From Elusimicrobiota bacterium (GTDB lineage Bacteria > Elusimicrobiota > Elusimicrobia > Elusimicrobiales > UBA9959): a stretch of 64,000 bases of DNA. Location of the stretch: positions 19,688 through 83,687 of the forward strand of contig JAINCQ010000020.1 in NCBI GenBank assembly GCA_036574205.1. The letters run 5' to 3'. The position numbers and the translations under genes were made by a program. How positions within the stretch are numbered: the first letter of the stretch is position 1; every line of letters begins with the position of its first letter. Positions 1-10,097 of the stretch are shown piece after piece. The notes under the pieces are model-generated. The model was not told where the DNA came from and did not search any database. It worked only from the letters and a program-made list of their open reading frames with translations.

Positions 1-10
1 AGGATATATT

Positions 11-679
11 ATGAATAAATGGGGAAGTAAAAAAAACGGATTTACGTTAACTGAACTTCTTGTATCAATTATAATATTTTCATTTATGGCTATGACACTT
101 GCTTCTGTTTATGCCACAGCAAACAGATATTTTTATCAGCAATATAGACAGGATTTATATAAAAACAAATTTACACTTTCAATGAAATTTATAAAAAATA
201 AGCTTGTTCAGGCAACTGATATAGATATACCTACTTCTGGTTCAACATCTAATGATTTGTTATTTTATACTAATTTTGTAAAAGATTTTGGTAGTCCTTA
301 TATTGGTTCAGGCTGTGCTCCAACAACCGCTATATCTTCTAACTGGCACTATTTCTGCGTTGCTGGAACCAAATTATATTATCATACTGGAACTTTAGCT
401 GGTGTAGTCGCCTGCCCAAATACTGCTCCCACAAATAATAATGTGGCGTTTATTCCAGCCTGCGGATCTGCTGGCGGAGTTATGCTTTCAGATAATATTG
501 TTTTGCCTAGTGCTGGAAGCTACTTTCAAAGAGGTGGAAATCTTCCTCCAAATGTAGTCAGGATCTCCTTAAAAATGAGCTGGCAGACAAAACAGTCTCT
601 CGGTGGCTCAACTGCCATAAGAACCATAACATCAGAAGATGAATCTTATGTATCTGTTAATAGACCCGGACAGTGGTAG
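11..679 (+). CDS. Prepilin-type N-terminal cleavage/methylation domain protein (type IV pilin / T2SS pseudopilin-like)
   Basis: The N-terminus MNKWGSKKNGFTLTELLVSIIIFSF has a basic leader, a G|FTLxE class-III signal and a hydrophobic helix. The C-terminal half is variable and contains Cys. AGGA lies 6 nt upstream of the ATG. Confidence 0.75.
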   Translation: MNKWGSKKNGFTLTELLVSIIIFSFMAMTLASVYATANRYFYQQYRQDLYKNKFTLSMKFIKNKLVQATDIDIPTSGSTSNDLLFYTNFVKDFGSPYIGSGCAPTTAISSNWHYFCVAGTKLYYHTGTLAGVVACPNTAPTNNNVAFIPACGSAGGVMLSDNIVLPSAGSYFQRGGNLPPNVVRISLKMSWQTKQSLGGSTAIRTITSEDESYVSVNRPGQW

Positions 680-715
680 CTTGAAAAAGACAGTTTCTTG
701 TGCTAAAATGTAAAT

Positions 716-1015
716 ATGAATGTTGCAAGAAAAAGAAAAGCGTCTTTGTCAGCTACTATTTTATTATGTATAGCTATAATAACCATGGCTACTTATATTA
801 TGAAATGGGCCCTTGATAGACACATGACAGCTACAAGGTTTTATAGAAGCTCCATATCTAAATCAAGAGCCGAGGGTATTATGTTAAATCGAGTGGCATG
901 TTGTCCAAATTCAGCTGGTTGTCGAACCTCAGCTGACGGAAAAACTGCCACAATATCCATTAACTGTTCAGCAAGCGCAGCCACAGCTTTTACAGTTACA
1001 ATATCTGAAGATTAA
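716..1015 (+). CDS. Hypothetical small membrane-anchored or secreted Cys/Ser/Ala-rich protein (possible pilus accessory)
   Basis: 99 aa with a basic N-terminus and one hydrophobic helix (ASLSATILLCIAIITMATYIM). It is co-directional and starts 37 nt after the pilin-like gene. I recognise no family. Confidence 0.35.
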   Translation: MNVARKRKASLSATILLCIAIITMATYIMKWALDRHMTATRFYRSSISKSRAEGIMLNRVACCPNSAGCRTSADGKTATISINCSASAATAFTVTISED

Positions 1016-1086
1016 ACAAAAACAACTTTTAAATAAAGCCAGTTTATTTAATATTTAACTGATTGATAGTAGATTTTAAATTTATG

Positions 1087-1782
1087 TTATTTAAATCCTA
1101 TTTTTTTAAATGGCTTAAATTCAAGAGTATTATTTGATTTTTCATTCATAATACTAGACTCAAGCCAGTTAAACCATTTCTTTTCAAAATCATCATAATC
1201 AATTATTCTATAATTTTCCCATAATGATTTATTAAAATCTTTGCCCTTTAACAGATCTGAGCAAAATCTTATAAAAAGCAATTTTTTTTGAGGAGTATAA
1301 AGATATCTGACTATTCCATAAGCCTGAAGATACCAGTTTGCTATATCGTTATCATTTTTAATGGAGTTTAAATCTGTTTTAAAAAAGGAAGAAAATTTTA
1401 AATAAGAACTTTTTGGTGAATACTTAAGCGCCTTTTCCCATGGGGATTCATCCTCGTAAGCTTTATCTTCCATATAAACAGCAAGCCCTTCATTTAACCA
1501 TAGAGGCGGATATTTGAGCGCTTGAGCAAAATAACTTTCAAAATAAAGATGGGTTAATTCATGAGTTATAGTTGGAAAAATAGAATCTTTTTTTTCGCTC
1601 TTGTATACTACTATCGTCTTTTTTTCATAATATGCAAGTCCCCTTGACCATTTTGGCGGTTTAAACTCCCCATTTATGTAGTTTTCATAAGAAGAGTATA
1701 TATATATCTTTGTTTTTTCCCTTGTCATCCAGGGTGAAAAAAATGAAAGATTTAAATTCATTAAGTTATAAATTCTTTCCAT
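1087..1782 (-). CDS. Putative zinc metallopeptidase (HExxH, MA-clan-like)
   Basis: HELTH (HExxH) followed by NEGLAVYME, a candidate third-ligand Glu (gluzincin-like). The ORF stays open upstream to 1917 without a canonical start (see findings). Confidence 0.5.
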   Translation of the reverse strand: MERIYNLMNLNLSFFSPWMTREKTKIYIYSSYENYINGEFKPPKWSRGLAYYEKKTIVVYKSEKKDSIFPTITHELTHLYFESYFAQALKYPPLWLNEGLAVYMEDKAYEDESPWEKALKYSPKSSYLKFSSFFKTDLNSIKNDNDIANWYLQAYGIVRYLYTPQKKLLFIRFCSDLLKGKDFNKSLWENYRIIDYDDFEKKWFNWLESSIMNEKSNNTLEFKPFKKIGFK

Positions 1783-1917
1783 CTCAATAGTAATAGAAGG
1801 GATCGTCCATTTACCTTCTATGTATATATCAAAATGTTTGGTTTCAAGCCTGTTCCATACTTGAGATTGGGTATTTAAATTCTGGAGTGATAGAAAAATA
1901 ACTAAAAAAAAAATTAA

Positions 1918-4689
1918 TCATTTAATATACTCTTTAATTATGGATTTTTTACAAAAACTTATATCCTTTCTTGGTCCCTGATATATAAGATTGCCACCGT
2001 CAGGACCTCCACCAGGACCAAGCTCTATAATCCAATCAGCAGATTTTATAACATCAGTATTATGTTCTATTATTACTATTGTATTGCCTCTTTCAAGAAG
2101 TTTATTAATTACCTTTAAAAGTTTTTCCACATCAGCAAAATGAAGTCCTATAGTTGGCTCATCCAGTATATAAAGATTTCTACCGTTTGTTCTCTTTGAA
2201 AGTTCCCATGCTATTTTTATCCTTTGTGCTTCTCCACCACTTAAAGTAGAAGAGCTTTGACCAAGTTTTATATAATCAAGTCCAACAGAAGATAGAAGTT
2301 TTAGTTTGGAACTTATTGAAGGTATGTTTTCAAAAAAAGGAATTGCTTCAGCAACGCTCATATCTAATACATCAGATATACTTTTATCTTTATATTTTAT
2401 TTCAAGTGTTTCTTTGTTAAATCTCTTGCCATTACACTCATCGCATAGTACATGAAGATCTGGAAGAAATTGCATTTGAATATTAAGATAACCTTCTCCT
2501 TTACATTTTTCACAACGTCCACCTTTTAAATTAAAGGAAAATCTGGAAGGTGAATATCCTTTTCTTTTTGCTGCCGGGGTTTGCGCAAAAAGTTGCCTTA
2601 TATCATCAAAAAATCCAATATATGTTGCAGGATTTGATCTTACTGACCTTCCTATAGGGGATTGGTCCACTATAACTATTTTTTCTATATTTTCATATCC
2701 TCTTATCTCTTTAAATTTACCAGGTTCTTCTTTAAAAAAAGGATTTATTTTTTTCATTATTCCCTTATAAAGTATTTCATATAAAAGCGTAGATTTACCC
2801 GACCCTGATACTCCGCAAATTACAGTCATAAGCCCAATAGGTATTTTAATATCTATATTTTTAAGATTAAACTGAGCTGCTCCAGTTATTGTTATAAATT
2901 TATATGGAATTACAGATTTCCTCTCAATAGCAACTTTTCGCTCTCCATTAAGATATTTTGCCGTAATAGAGTTTTTATCTTTTAGTATCTCTGAAAGAGC
3001 TCCTTTTGTAACGACATTACCGCCGTAAATCCCTGCTCCAGGACCAAGTTCTATTATATAATCGGAATTTCTTATGGTAGCTTCATCATGTTCAACAACA
3101 ATAAGAGTATTTCCTATATCTCTAAGTGACTTTAATGTTCTTATGAGCTTCTCATTGTCTTTGGGATGAAGTCCTATTGTTGGTTCATCCAGAACATAAA
3201 TAACTCCTTCAAGTCCACAACCTAACTGAGTTGCAAGAGATATTCTCTGAGCCTCACCACCACTTAAAGTCTGAGAGTATCTTGAAAGGGTTAGATATCC
3301 AAGTCCTACATCTATAAGAAAGGAAAGTCTTGAATTTATTTCTTTGAGTATAACTCTTGATATTTCAAGCTCAGTTGGAGTTAGTTTTATTGATGAAAAA
3401 AAATTTTTAATTTCTATTATTGTTAAATCAGATAGATCTGATATATTAATTCCATTTATAAAAACTGATAAGGCATCCTCCACAAGTCTTTTTCCATGAC
3501 ATTTGGGACAAAGTATTTCTTTCATATATTTTGAGTATATTTCTGTTTTTACAAATTCAGATTCTGTTGTTAAATACCTTCTTTTTATGTTATTTATTAC
3601 TCCTTCAAATTCACCATCACCATATAATATTAAGTCAATATGTTTAGGAGGAAGTCTTGAAACAGGAATATCCATCCTTACCCCATATTTTGACGCAAGA
3701 CTTGTTATTATACTTTTATAATAGTTTGACCATGAAGTTTTCCATCTATTTGTTCTTGTAGTTATAGGATTTTCCCACGCTATTATAGCTCCATCAGATA
3801 AAGATTTTGAAAAATCAACCACAAGATTTTTATCCACTTCGGTTACAAAACCTATTCCCTCACATTCAGGACATGCACCATATGGAGAATTAAAGGAAAA
3901 AAGTTTTGGTTCAAGATCCTTTAAACTTATATTACAATATGGGCATGAGTTTTTCTGACTGTAAAGAACATTATCATCAGATGAGGAAATCTCAACCTTT
4001 GAATCTGACTCCTTCAAGGCTATCTCAACTGAGTCATTTAGCCTTTCTATCTCATCCTCTTTAAGTGTGAAACTATCAACTATTATAGATATATTATGTT
4101 TTTTATATCTCTTAAGAAATGGAAGATTTTCTGAAGAATAAATCTTTGAGTCAACCTCAAACTGAACAAATCCTTTCTTCTTCATTCTTGAAAAAAGTTC
4201 TTCATATGTTCCAGTTTTTTGAATAATAAGTGGTGATTTTATAGCTATTTTTTTGCCTAAGAATCTTTTTTTTATATCGGTTATCATTAAATCTATGGGC
4301 CAGCTTTTTACCGGTCGTCTACATAAAGGACAGTGTTGTTTCCCTATTTTTGAATATAAGAGCCTCAGATAATCATATATCTCAGTAACCGTTCCAACTG
4401 TTGATCTTGGATTTTTAGATGGAGAATGTTGCTCTATTGCTATGGAGGGGGAAAGTCCATCTATAAAATCAACATCAGGTTTTTCCATCATCTCAAGAAA
4501 TTGCCTTGCATAAGCATTAAGGCTCTCTATATATCTGCGCTGCCCTTCTGCATATATAGTATCAAAAGCTAAGGATGACTTTCCGCTACCACTTAACCCT
4601 GTTATTGTTATAATTTTATTTTTTGGAATTTGAAGATTTATATTTTTGAGATTATGGGTCCTTGCACCTTTTATTATTATTTTTTCCAT
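1918..4689 (-). CDS. uvrA: Excinuclease ABC subunit A
   Basis: 923 aa with GLSGSGKSSLAFDTIYAEGQRRYIESL, a second ABC module GVSGSGKSTL, two LSGGE signatures and CxxC zinc modules. Confidence 0.95.
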   Translation of the reverse strand: MEKIIIKGARTHNLKNINLQIPKNKIITITGLSGSGKSSLAFDTIYAEGQRRYIESLNAYARQFLEMMEKPDVDFIDGLSPSIAIEQHSPSKNPRSTVGTVTEIYDYLRLLYSKIGKQHCPLCRRPVKSWPIDLMITDIKKRFLGKKIAIKSPLIIQKTGTYEELFSRMKKKGFVQFEVDSKIYSSENLPFLKRYKKHNISIIVDSFTLKEDEIERLNDSVEIALKESDSKVEISSSDDNVLYSQKNSCPYCNISLKDLEPKLFSFNSPYGACPECEGIGFVTEVDKNLVVDFSKSLSDGAIIAWENPITTRTNRWKTSWSNYYKSIITSLASKYGVRMDIPVSRLPPKHIDLILYGDGEFEGVINNIKRRYLTTESEFVKTEIYSKYMKEILCPKCHGKRLVEDALSVFINGINISDLSDLTIIEIKNFFSSIKLTPTELEISRVILKEINSRLSFLIDVGLGYLTLSRYSQTLSGGEAQRISLATQLGCGLEGVIYVLDEPTIGLHPKDNEKLIRTLKSLRDIGNTLIVVEHDEATIRNSDYIIELGPGAGIYGGNVVTKGALSEILKDKNSITAKYLNGERKVAIERKSVIPYKFITITGAAQFNLKNIDIKIPIGLMTVICGVSGSGKSTLLYEILYKGIMKKINPFFKEEPGKFKEIRGYENIEKIVIVDQSPIGRSVRSNPATYIGFFDDIRQLFAQTPAAKRKGYSPSRFSFNLKGGRCEKCKGEGYLNIQMQFLPDLHVLCDECNGKRFNKETLEIKYKDKSISDVLDMSVAEAIPFFENIPSISSKLKLLSSVGLDYIKLGQSSSTLSGGEAQRIKIAWELSKRTNGRNLYILDEPTIGLHFADVEKLLKVINKLLERGNTIVIIEHNTDVIKSADWIIELGPGGGPDGGNLIYQGPRKDISFCKKSIIKEYIK

Positions 4690-4695
4690 AAAAAA

Positions 4696-6297
4696 TTAAA
4701 TATATCTATTATAAATTGTATTTCTGGGAGTCTTTAATTTGTGAGGATGGTCTTCATTATAATAAACGCCTCTTGATTCCTTTCTCTTCAAGGAACTTGC
4801 TATTATCATTTTTGCAACAAGCGCTATATTCCTTAATTCCACAAAATTTTTATTTGGCTTATATCTTTTATAGTAATAATTTATCTCCTCAACAATAAGT
4901 TCTATTTTTCTTTTCGCTTTTTTTAGCCTTTCATCACTTCTTATTATACCAGCATAATTATTAGTAAGAGTTCTTATCTCTTTCCAGTTTTGTGATATTA
5001 TTATATCTTCTTTTGAAGGGACTGTTTTTAGATAATCCCATAATATATGGCGAGCGGTCAAAGTTGGAGTTAGTATTCTGTCATTTTTGATTGACTCATA
5101 GGCTCTATGCGCAAAAAAAGAAGCTTCAAGTAGCGAGTTTGATGCAAGGCGATTTGCTCCATGAAGGCCTGTGTGGGAGGTTTCTCCAACAGCATATAGG
5201 TTTTTTATAGCCGTAAGGCTATTTTCATCAACCTCAACACCCCCACAAAAAAAATGAGCCGCTGGAACTACTGGTATGGGAGTTTTAGTTATATCTATTC
5301 CATAGTTAAGGCATGTCTTATAAATATAAGGAAATCTTTTTTTTATATATGTTGAAGGCTTAAATGAAATATCAAGATAAACGAAATCATCCCCAGTCTT
5401 TTTTATTTCATTAGCAATTGCCCTTGAAACAAGATCGCGTGGAGCAAGTTCCATTCTATTAGAATATTCACTCATAAATCTTTTACCGCTTTTTGTTTTT
5501 AAAATAGCACCTTCACCTCTTAAAGCTTCTGATATAAGAAAGTTATCAGCATTAGGATGATAGAGACATGTTGGATGAAATTGCACAAATTCCATATTTA
5601 TAAGATTAAGCCCAGCTCTAAATCCCATAGCCATTCCATCGCCTGTGGCAGTCTTTGGGTTTGAAGTATAAATATATGTTCTACCTGCTCCGCCACAGGC
5701 TAAAATAGTTTTTGATGCTATAAACGAATATATTTCATTCTTTTTTATATCTATAATATAAGCGCCTATAGCTTCATTTCTTGAAGGTTTTGTGAATTTA
5801 GGATGTGATTTAAGTATTATATCAACAGCAATATGATTTTCAAATACTCTTATTTTTTTATTTTCCCTTATCCTTTCAATCAATGTAGTTATTATCTCTT
5901 TGCCTGTATAATCATAATGATGTAAAATCCTTCTATGTGAATGCCCTCCCTCAAGCCCCAGATCAAAATTATTTCCTTTCCTGTTAAACTTAACACCCAT
6001 TTTTAAAAATTCCATTATTATCGCAGGGGCAGATTCAACGACCAGTTTAACAATTTTTTTATTGGCTAATCCTGCTCCTGTTTTAAGAGTGTCATTTATA
6101 TGATTTGAAAAAGTGTCTTCTTCCCCGAAAACAGCAGCAATGCCGCCCTGAGCATATATAGAATTTGAAACTGATAGGAGATCCTTTGTAACAAGATTTA
6201 CGCTTCCTATCTCTGAAAGCTTTATAGCGGAAAATAATCCAGCTAATCCACTACCTATAACAAGAAAATCGCTTGAATATATTTTTTTATTTTTCAT
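4696..6297 (-). CDS. nadB: L-aspartate oxidase
   Basis: 533 aa with the FAD fold DFLVIGSGLAGL, QFHPT and ESRG motifs of the aspartate oxidase/SdhA flavoprotein family. The size fits NadB better than SdhA. Confidence 0.75.
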   Translation of the reverse strand: MKNKKIYSSDFLVIGSGLAGLFSAIKLSEIGSVNLVTKDLLSVSNSIYAQGGIAAVFGEEDTFSNHINDTLKTGAGLANKKIVKLVVESAPAIIMEFLKMGVKFNRKGNNFDLGLEGGHSHRRILHHYDYTGKEIITTLIERIRENKKIRVFENHIAVDIILKSHPKFTKPSRNEAIGAYIIDIKKNEIYSFIASKTILACGGAGRTYIYTSNPKTATGDGMAMGFRAGLNLINMEFVQFHPTCLYHPNADNFLISEALRGEGAILKTKSGKRFMSEYSNRMELAPRDLVSRAIANEIKKTGDDFVYLDISFKPSTYIKKRFPYIYKTCLNYGIDITKTPIPVVPAAHFFCGGVEVDENSLTAIKNLYAVGETSHTGLHGANRLASNSLLEASFFAHRAYESIKNDRILTPTLTARHILWDYLKTVPSKEDIIISQNWKEIRTLTNNYAGIIRSDERLKKAKRKIELIVEEINYYYKRYKPNKNFVELRNIALVAKMIIASSLKRKESRGVYYNEDHPHKLKTPRNTIYNRYI

Positions 6298-6372
6298 TTT
6301 TTATAAAATATAAATAAGAACGCTCTTATGTGATTTTAAGGCGTCTTACAGTATATTTTAGCATTTTTTTTA

Positions 6373-7446
6373 TTGATGAAAAAGATTTTTAAATTCATAC
6401 CTCTTATTGTAGCTAGTGTAATACTTTATTTCTTAATATATCCAAACTATCACAAAATAATAAAAATTTATTATGTTTCATCAAAATTCTGGCTTTTTAT
6501 GGCTTTTGTCGCAGCAATGGGAAGCTACTTCTTTATGAGTCTTTCTTTAAATGAGATGCTTAAAATAATGGGATATAAAATTTCTTTTTTAAACTCATTT
6601 TCTATAACAATGATATCAACAACTGTTAATTATTTTTTTTCATCAGCCGGAGCAAGTGGATTTGCCATAAGAACGCATCTTCTTAACAAAAAAGGAATAC
6701 CTGTAAGTATATGTCTGAGCACTTCTGTTGTTTTAACCGCATTGATATATCTAGTATTGGGACTGATAATCTTTCAAAGTTTTTTTCTTTATTTTATTGA
6801 AATCAGAAAATTAAATATCCAGATAATAGAGGGAGCGGCAGGCTCTTTTATAGTTCTATTTCTATCTTTTTTTATGGCAATTATAATTTATAGTTATAGA
6901 TTCAGGAATAGATGGGCTATAAGAATATTTTATTTCATAAACTCAACACTTTATCAAATAACAAAATATCAGATTCCAAAAGAAGATTTTAGAGATTTTA
7001 AAAACAAATTAAATCACGGGATAAACATACTTCATAAAAGAAAATATGAGCTTCCAAAGGTTATGGGATATGTTCTCCTTGATTGGATGCTTAATATAAT
7101 AGTTTTATATTTTGCTTTTCTTTCAATAAACATAAAAATACCATTATTGAAACTTATAATAGGCTTTTCATTTGGTATGGTGATGACTATTATACCTGTG
7201 CTTCCATCTGGACTTGGCGCAATGGAGGTCGTTATATCAGGCTTTTATTCAAATTGTGGAATTCCTCTTGAGTCAGCCATATTTGCAAGCCTTGTCTTTA
7301 GAATTTTCTATTACATAATTCCATCAATAATAAGTATGGTAATGTTTTACGGAATGAAAATAGTAGAACCTGATATTGATAGAGATGATTTAGATTATAT
7401 TGAAAAAAACGGGAGGAAGAATGATAGAAAAATTCATGAAAAATGA
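6373..7446 (+). CDS. Polytopic membrane protein, UPF0104 / lysylphosphatidylglycerol-synthase-TM (flippase-like) family candidate
   Basis: 357 aa with about 8 hydrophobic helices and no soluble domain. The start is TTG 6373 or ATG 6376. Confidence 0.45.
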   Translation: MMKKIFKFIPLIVASVILYFLIYPNYHKIIKIYYVSSKFWLFMAFVAAMGSYFFMSLSLNEMLKIMGYKISFLNSFSITMISTTVNYFFSSAGASGFAIRTHLLNKKGIPVSICLSTSVVLTALIYLVLGLIIFQSFFLYFIEIRKLNIQIIEGAAGSFIVLFLSFFMAIIIYSYRFRNRWAIRIFYFINSTLYQITKYQIPKEDFRDFKNKLNHGINILHKRKYELPKVMGYVLLDWMLNIIVLYFAFLSINIKIPLLKLIIGFSFGMVMTIIPVLPSGLGAMEVVISGFYSNCGIPLESAIFASLVFRIFYYIIPSIISMVMFYGMKIVEPDIDRDDLDYIEKNGRKNDRKIHEK

Positions 7447-7927
7447 ACCTGTAATATCACCAAAAGCCTATATCCACAAAACTGCTGTTATAATAGGAAA
7501 TGTGGAAATTGATGACGATGTTTCTGTCTGGCCATATGTTGTTTTAAGGGGAGACATAGATAAAATAAAAATAGGCAAAAGAAGCAATATACAGGACCTT
7601 TCTGTTTTTCATCCAAACAGAAACAAACCTATTATAATTGGTGAAAATGTAACTGTAGGACATGGGGCTATTGTCCATGGTAGTGTAATAGGGAACAACT
7701 GTCTTATAGCTATGAATGCCACTGTAATAGATAGCCAGATAGGTGATAATTGTCTTATAGGAGCAAATTGTCTTATAACTCCAAATTCTAAAATTCCTCC
7801 AGGTTCATTGGTTGTTGGCGTTCCATTTAAGATAGTAAGGGAACTAACAGATAAAGAGATAAAAGCCATATCTGAATCAGCTGAGGATTATTTTAATCTT
7901 ATGAGTGCATATATGGGGAATAAATGA
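7421..7927 (+). CDS. Gamma-class carbonic anhydrase family / hexapeptide-repeat protein (YrdA/PaaY-like)
   Basis: Left-handed beta-helix hexapeptide repeats (IGNVEIDDDVSVWPYVVLRGD...IGKRSNIQD...VGHGAIVHG). I prefer ATG 7421 over the track start 7400 because GGGAGG lies 5 nt upstream. Confidence 0.75.
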   Translation: MIEKFMKNEPVISPKAYIHKTAVIIGNVEIDDDVSVWPYVVLRGDIDKIKIGKRSNIQDLSVFHPNRNKPIIIGENVTVGHGAIVHGSVIGNNCLIAMNATVIDSQIGDNCLIGANCLITPNSKIPPGSLVVGVPFKIVRELTDKEIKAISESAEDYFNLMSAYMGNK

Positions 7928-8292
7928 AAAAAATATTGATCATAGAAGACAACAGGCAAACAACATCTGTTCTTAAAGAGATTTTTGAAAAGGAAGGGTA
8001 TGCTGTAATTACAGCAACTGATGGAATTGATGGGATCCGGCAGGCAAAACATCAGCTACCAGATCTTATTCTTCTGGATCTTTTACTCCCCAAAATAAGT
8101 GGATTTGATATATGTCTTAAGTTAATGCAGGATGACAAGACAAGAAAAACCCCAATTATAATAATTTCTACTCTTGCTGACGAAAAACAAACCAGAGAGA
8201 AATTAAAGACATGCGAGGTTGTAAGATTTATGAAAAAGCCATACACTATTGAAGATCTTATACAGGAGATTAAAAATATCTTAAAAAATTGA
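7924..8292 (+). CDS. Stand-alone response regulator receiver domain (CheY-like)
   Basis: 122 aa with KILIIEDN, the phospho-acceptor context LILLDLLLP and a conserved KP near the C-terminus. It has no output domain and no kinase is adjacent. Confidence 0.85.
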   Translation: MKKILIIEDNRQTTSVLKEIFEKEGYAVITATDGIDGIRQAKHQLPDLILLDLLLPKISGFDICLKLMQDDKTRKTPIIIISTLADEKQTREKLKTCEVVRFMKKPYTIEDLIQEIKNILKN

Positions 8293-9062
8293 ATATAGAT
8301 TTTCAAATGAACCAAAGTATATTATCAGAAATTTATCAATTACTATATCAAAAATTTGGTCCTCAGGGATGGTGGCCAATATGCGACAAACAGACAGGAA
8401 TTTCAGTTTACAGAAAAAATTTTTTTGGAAAGTTAAGCTCAACTGAAACTTTTGAAATAGCAATTGGAGCGATATTAACACAGAACACTACATGGAAAAA
8501 CGCTGAAAAAGCTATTTTTTCGCTTAAAAAAAACTCAATACTTACTCCAAAATCCATTCTTTCATCCCCAAAAAAGACTTTATATAAACTTATAAGATCC
8601 AGCGGATATTACAAACAAAAAACAAAAAAAATAATTGAATTTTGTCTATGGATTCAAAAAAATGGCGGAGATCTTAAAAGAATATTAGGAATAAAAAAAG
8701 GAGAGATATTAAGAAATGAGTTGCTTCAAATAAATGGAATAGGCAGAGAAACTGCGGATTCTATCTTGCTTTATGCTGGATATCTGCCTTTTTTTGTTAT
8801 AGATGCTTATACAAGACGTTTATATTCAAGAGTATTTCTAGATCCTACCGTTTATAAATATGACGAACTTCAAAATATTTTTGAAAAAAACATTGATAAA
8901 AACTTTAAAACATATATGGAGTTTCATGCTCTTATAGTGAAACTTTCAAAAGAATATTGTTTTAAATTTGAGCCTGCTTGCGAAAAATGCATTATTTCAA
9001 AATATTGTAAAAAAGGAATTCTGTATGATAAAAATAAAAGAAAAGATAGAAAATTATCTTAA
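8289..9062 (+). CDS. HhH-GPD base-excision DNA glycosylase (endonuclease III-like) with C-terminal Cys cluster
   Basis: Helix-hairpin-helix INGIGRETADSILLYA, a catalytic-region Asp (VIDAYTRR) and C-x6-C-x2-C-x5-C at the C-terminus. The start is TTG 8289 or ATG 8307. Confidence 0.7.
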   Translation: MNIDFQMNQSILSEIYQLLYQKFGPQGWWPICDKQTGISVYRKNFFGKLSSTETFEIAIGAILTQNTTWKNAEKAIFSLKKNSILTPKSILSSPKKTLYKLIRSSGYYKQKTKKIIEFCLWIQKNGGDLKRILGIKKGEILRNELLQINGIGRETADSILLYAGYLPFFVIDAYTRRLYSRVFLDPTVYKYDELQNIFEKNIDKNFKTYMEFHALIVKLSKEYCFKFEPACEKCIISKYCKKGILYDKNKRKDRKLS

Positions 9063-10068
9063 CAATGAAAATATAAAGTCAGCATTAAAACTTGTAAGAA
9101 AACTGAATAAGAAATCTTCTTATTACTTTTACTATATGGCTCAAATAAAACGGATGATGGGATTTATGAAAGAGGCGGAAAAATATTACCTTAAAGCCAT
9201 AAAAGGAGGTTTAAAACTTGAAAAACAGGATTATCTTGACTGTCTTTTAAAGTTAGCCTCTATTTCAAGGTCATTTGGTTTAAAACATCAGAGCCTTAAA
9301 TACCTTAATATGGCTTTTAAAATAGATCCACAAAATACAAATGTGATTCTTGAAAAAGCTATGTATTTCAGGATGATAGGGGACTTTGATAATTCAATTA
9401 AAGTTATGAATACTTTGCTTAAAAAGTATCGTAGGGAAAAAGATTTTCAAGGCATTTCTTATATTTTATGGGCAAAAGGGGGAATTTACAGGCTTTCAGG
9501 CAAATTGAAACTTTCAATTTCATCATATCGTAGCGCATATCATTATAGCTTAAAAGCAAAAGACCTATCCCTTAAAATATACTCTCTTTTAGGACTTGCC
9601 GGGGTTATGAGGATAAGTGGGGATGTGAAATCTTCCTTAAAAACATATCTTAAAGCTAAAAAATATATTTCTAAAAATGATATCTTTGCCTCTGCCTATG
9701 TTTATTGCGGAATAGGAAATTCATTAAGGCAGATGGGGGATTTAGATAATGCCCTTAAAAACTACAAAAAATCCTATCTGCTCTATTTAAAAACAGGAGA
9801 TTTTCTTGATCTTGGGCTTGTTTTATGGGGGATAGGAGAGTGTTATAAACGAAAAGGAAAATTTTCTTCGGCATTGAAATATTTTAATAAAGCGTCAGGT
9901 TTATTTAATAAAGGTTTTGAACCAAGAGGTAAAATATTGAATATGATGTCTATTGCCCAAATTTATTATCTTACAGGTAATATCAAAAAAGGAAGAAAAA
10001 TTTATGATCTTGCATATTCGCTTTCAAGAAAGAATAATTTATCCACATATCTTGAAATTTTTACATAA
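9025..10068 (+). CDS. Tetratricopeptide-repeat protein
   Basis: Repeated 34-aa A/Y/L-patterned helical units (e.g. AEKYYLKAI, ALKNYKKSYLLY, ALKYFNKA). The track start 8968 overlaps the previous gene by 95 nt, and ATG 9025 is more plausible. Confidence 0.7.
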   Translation: MIKIKEKIENYLNNENIKSALKLVRKLNKKSSYYFYYMAQIKRMMGFMKEAEKYYLKAIKGGLKLEKQDYLDCLLKLASISRSFGLKHQSLKYLNMAFKIDPQNTNVILEKAMYFRMIGDFDNSIKVMNTLLKKYRREKDFQGISYILWAKGGIYRLSGKLKLSISSYRSAYHYSLKAKDLSLKIYSLLGLAGVMRISGDVKSSLKTYLKAKKYISKNDIFASAYVYCGIGNSLRQMGDLDNALKNYKKSYLLYLKTGDFLDLGLVLWGIGECYKRKGKFSSALKYFNKASGLFNKGFEPRGKILNMMSIAQIYYLTGNIKKGRKIYDLAYSLSRKNNLSTYLEIFT

Positions 10069-10097
10069 TACTTACGCTATATGCTAAAATATATTCT

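Noticed and set aside
1918-1920. TGA recoding (genetic code 4/25) or read-through, fusing uvrA to the downstream in-frame ORF.
   Set aside because: Long ORFs throughout the window are intact under the standard code and many end at TGA at sensible family lengths. A UvrA-peptidase fusion has no biological rationale.
3503-3721. Antisense and shadow ORFs in the track. Examples are 3503-3721, 4716-4898, 7609-7869, 8052-8481, 10378-10632, 10999-11319, 14306-14926, 17178-17477, 19930-20262, 24862-25296, 26260-26499, 29088-29482, 35616-35900, 36111-37067, 37456-37734, 41079-41988, 43419-43721, 48129-48455, 50299-50895, 55249-55656, 57299-57777 and 58457-58696.
   Set aside because: Each lies entirely within, or opposite to, a much longer ORF with clear family motifs. 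Their sequences are low-complexity and typical of frames opposite AT-rich coding DNA.
8968-9024. The upstream-extended starts offered by the track (8968 for the TPR gene, 7400 for the gamma-CA-like gene, 22227 for the FlgD-Ig protein and 53082 for purB).
   Set aside because: They create long overlaps with the preceding gene or use TTG. Downstream ATGs with better SD spacing or a proper signal peptide are available at 9025, 7421, 22293 and 53112. These remain unverified choices.
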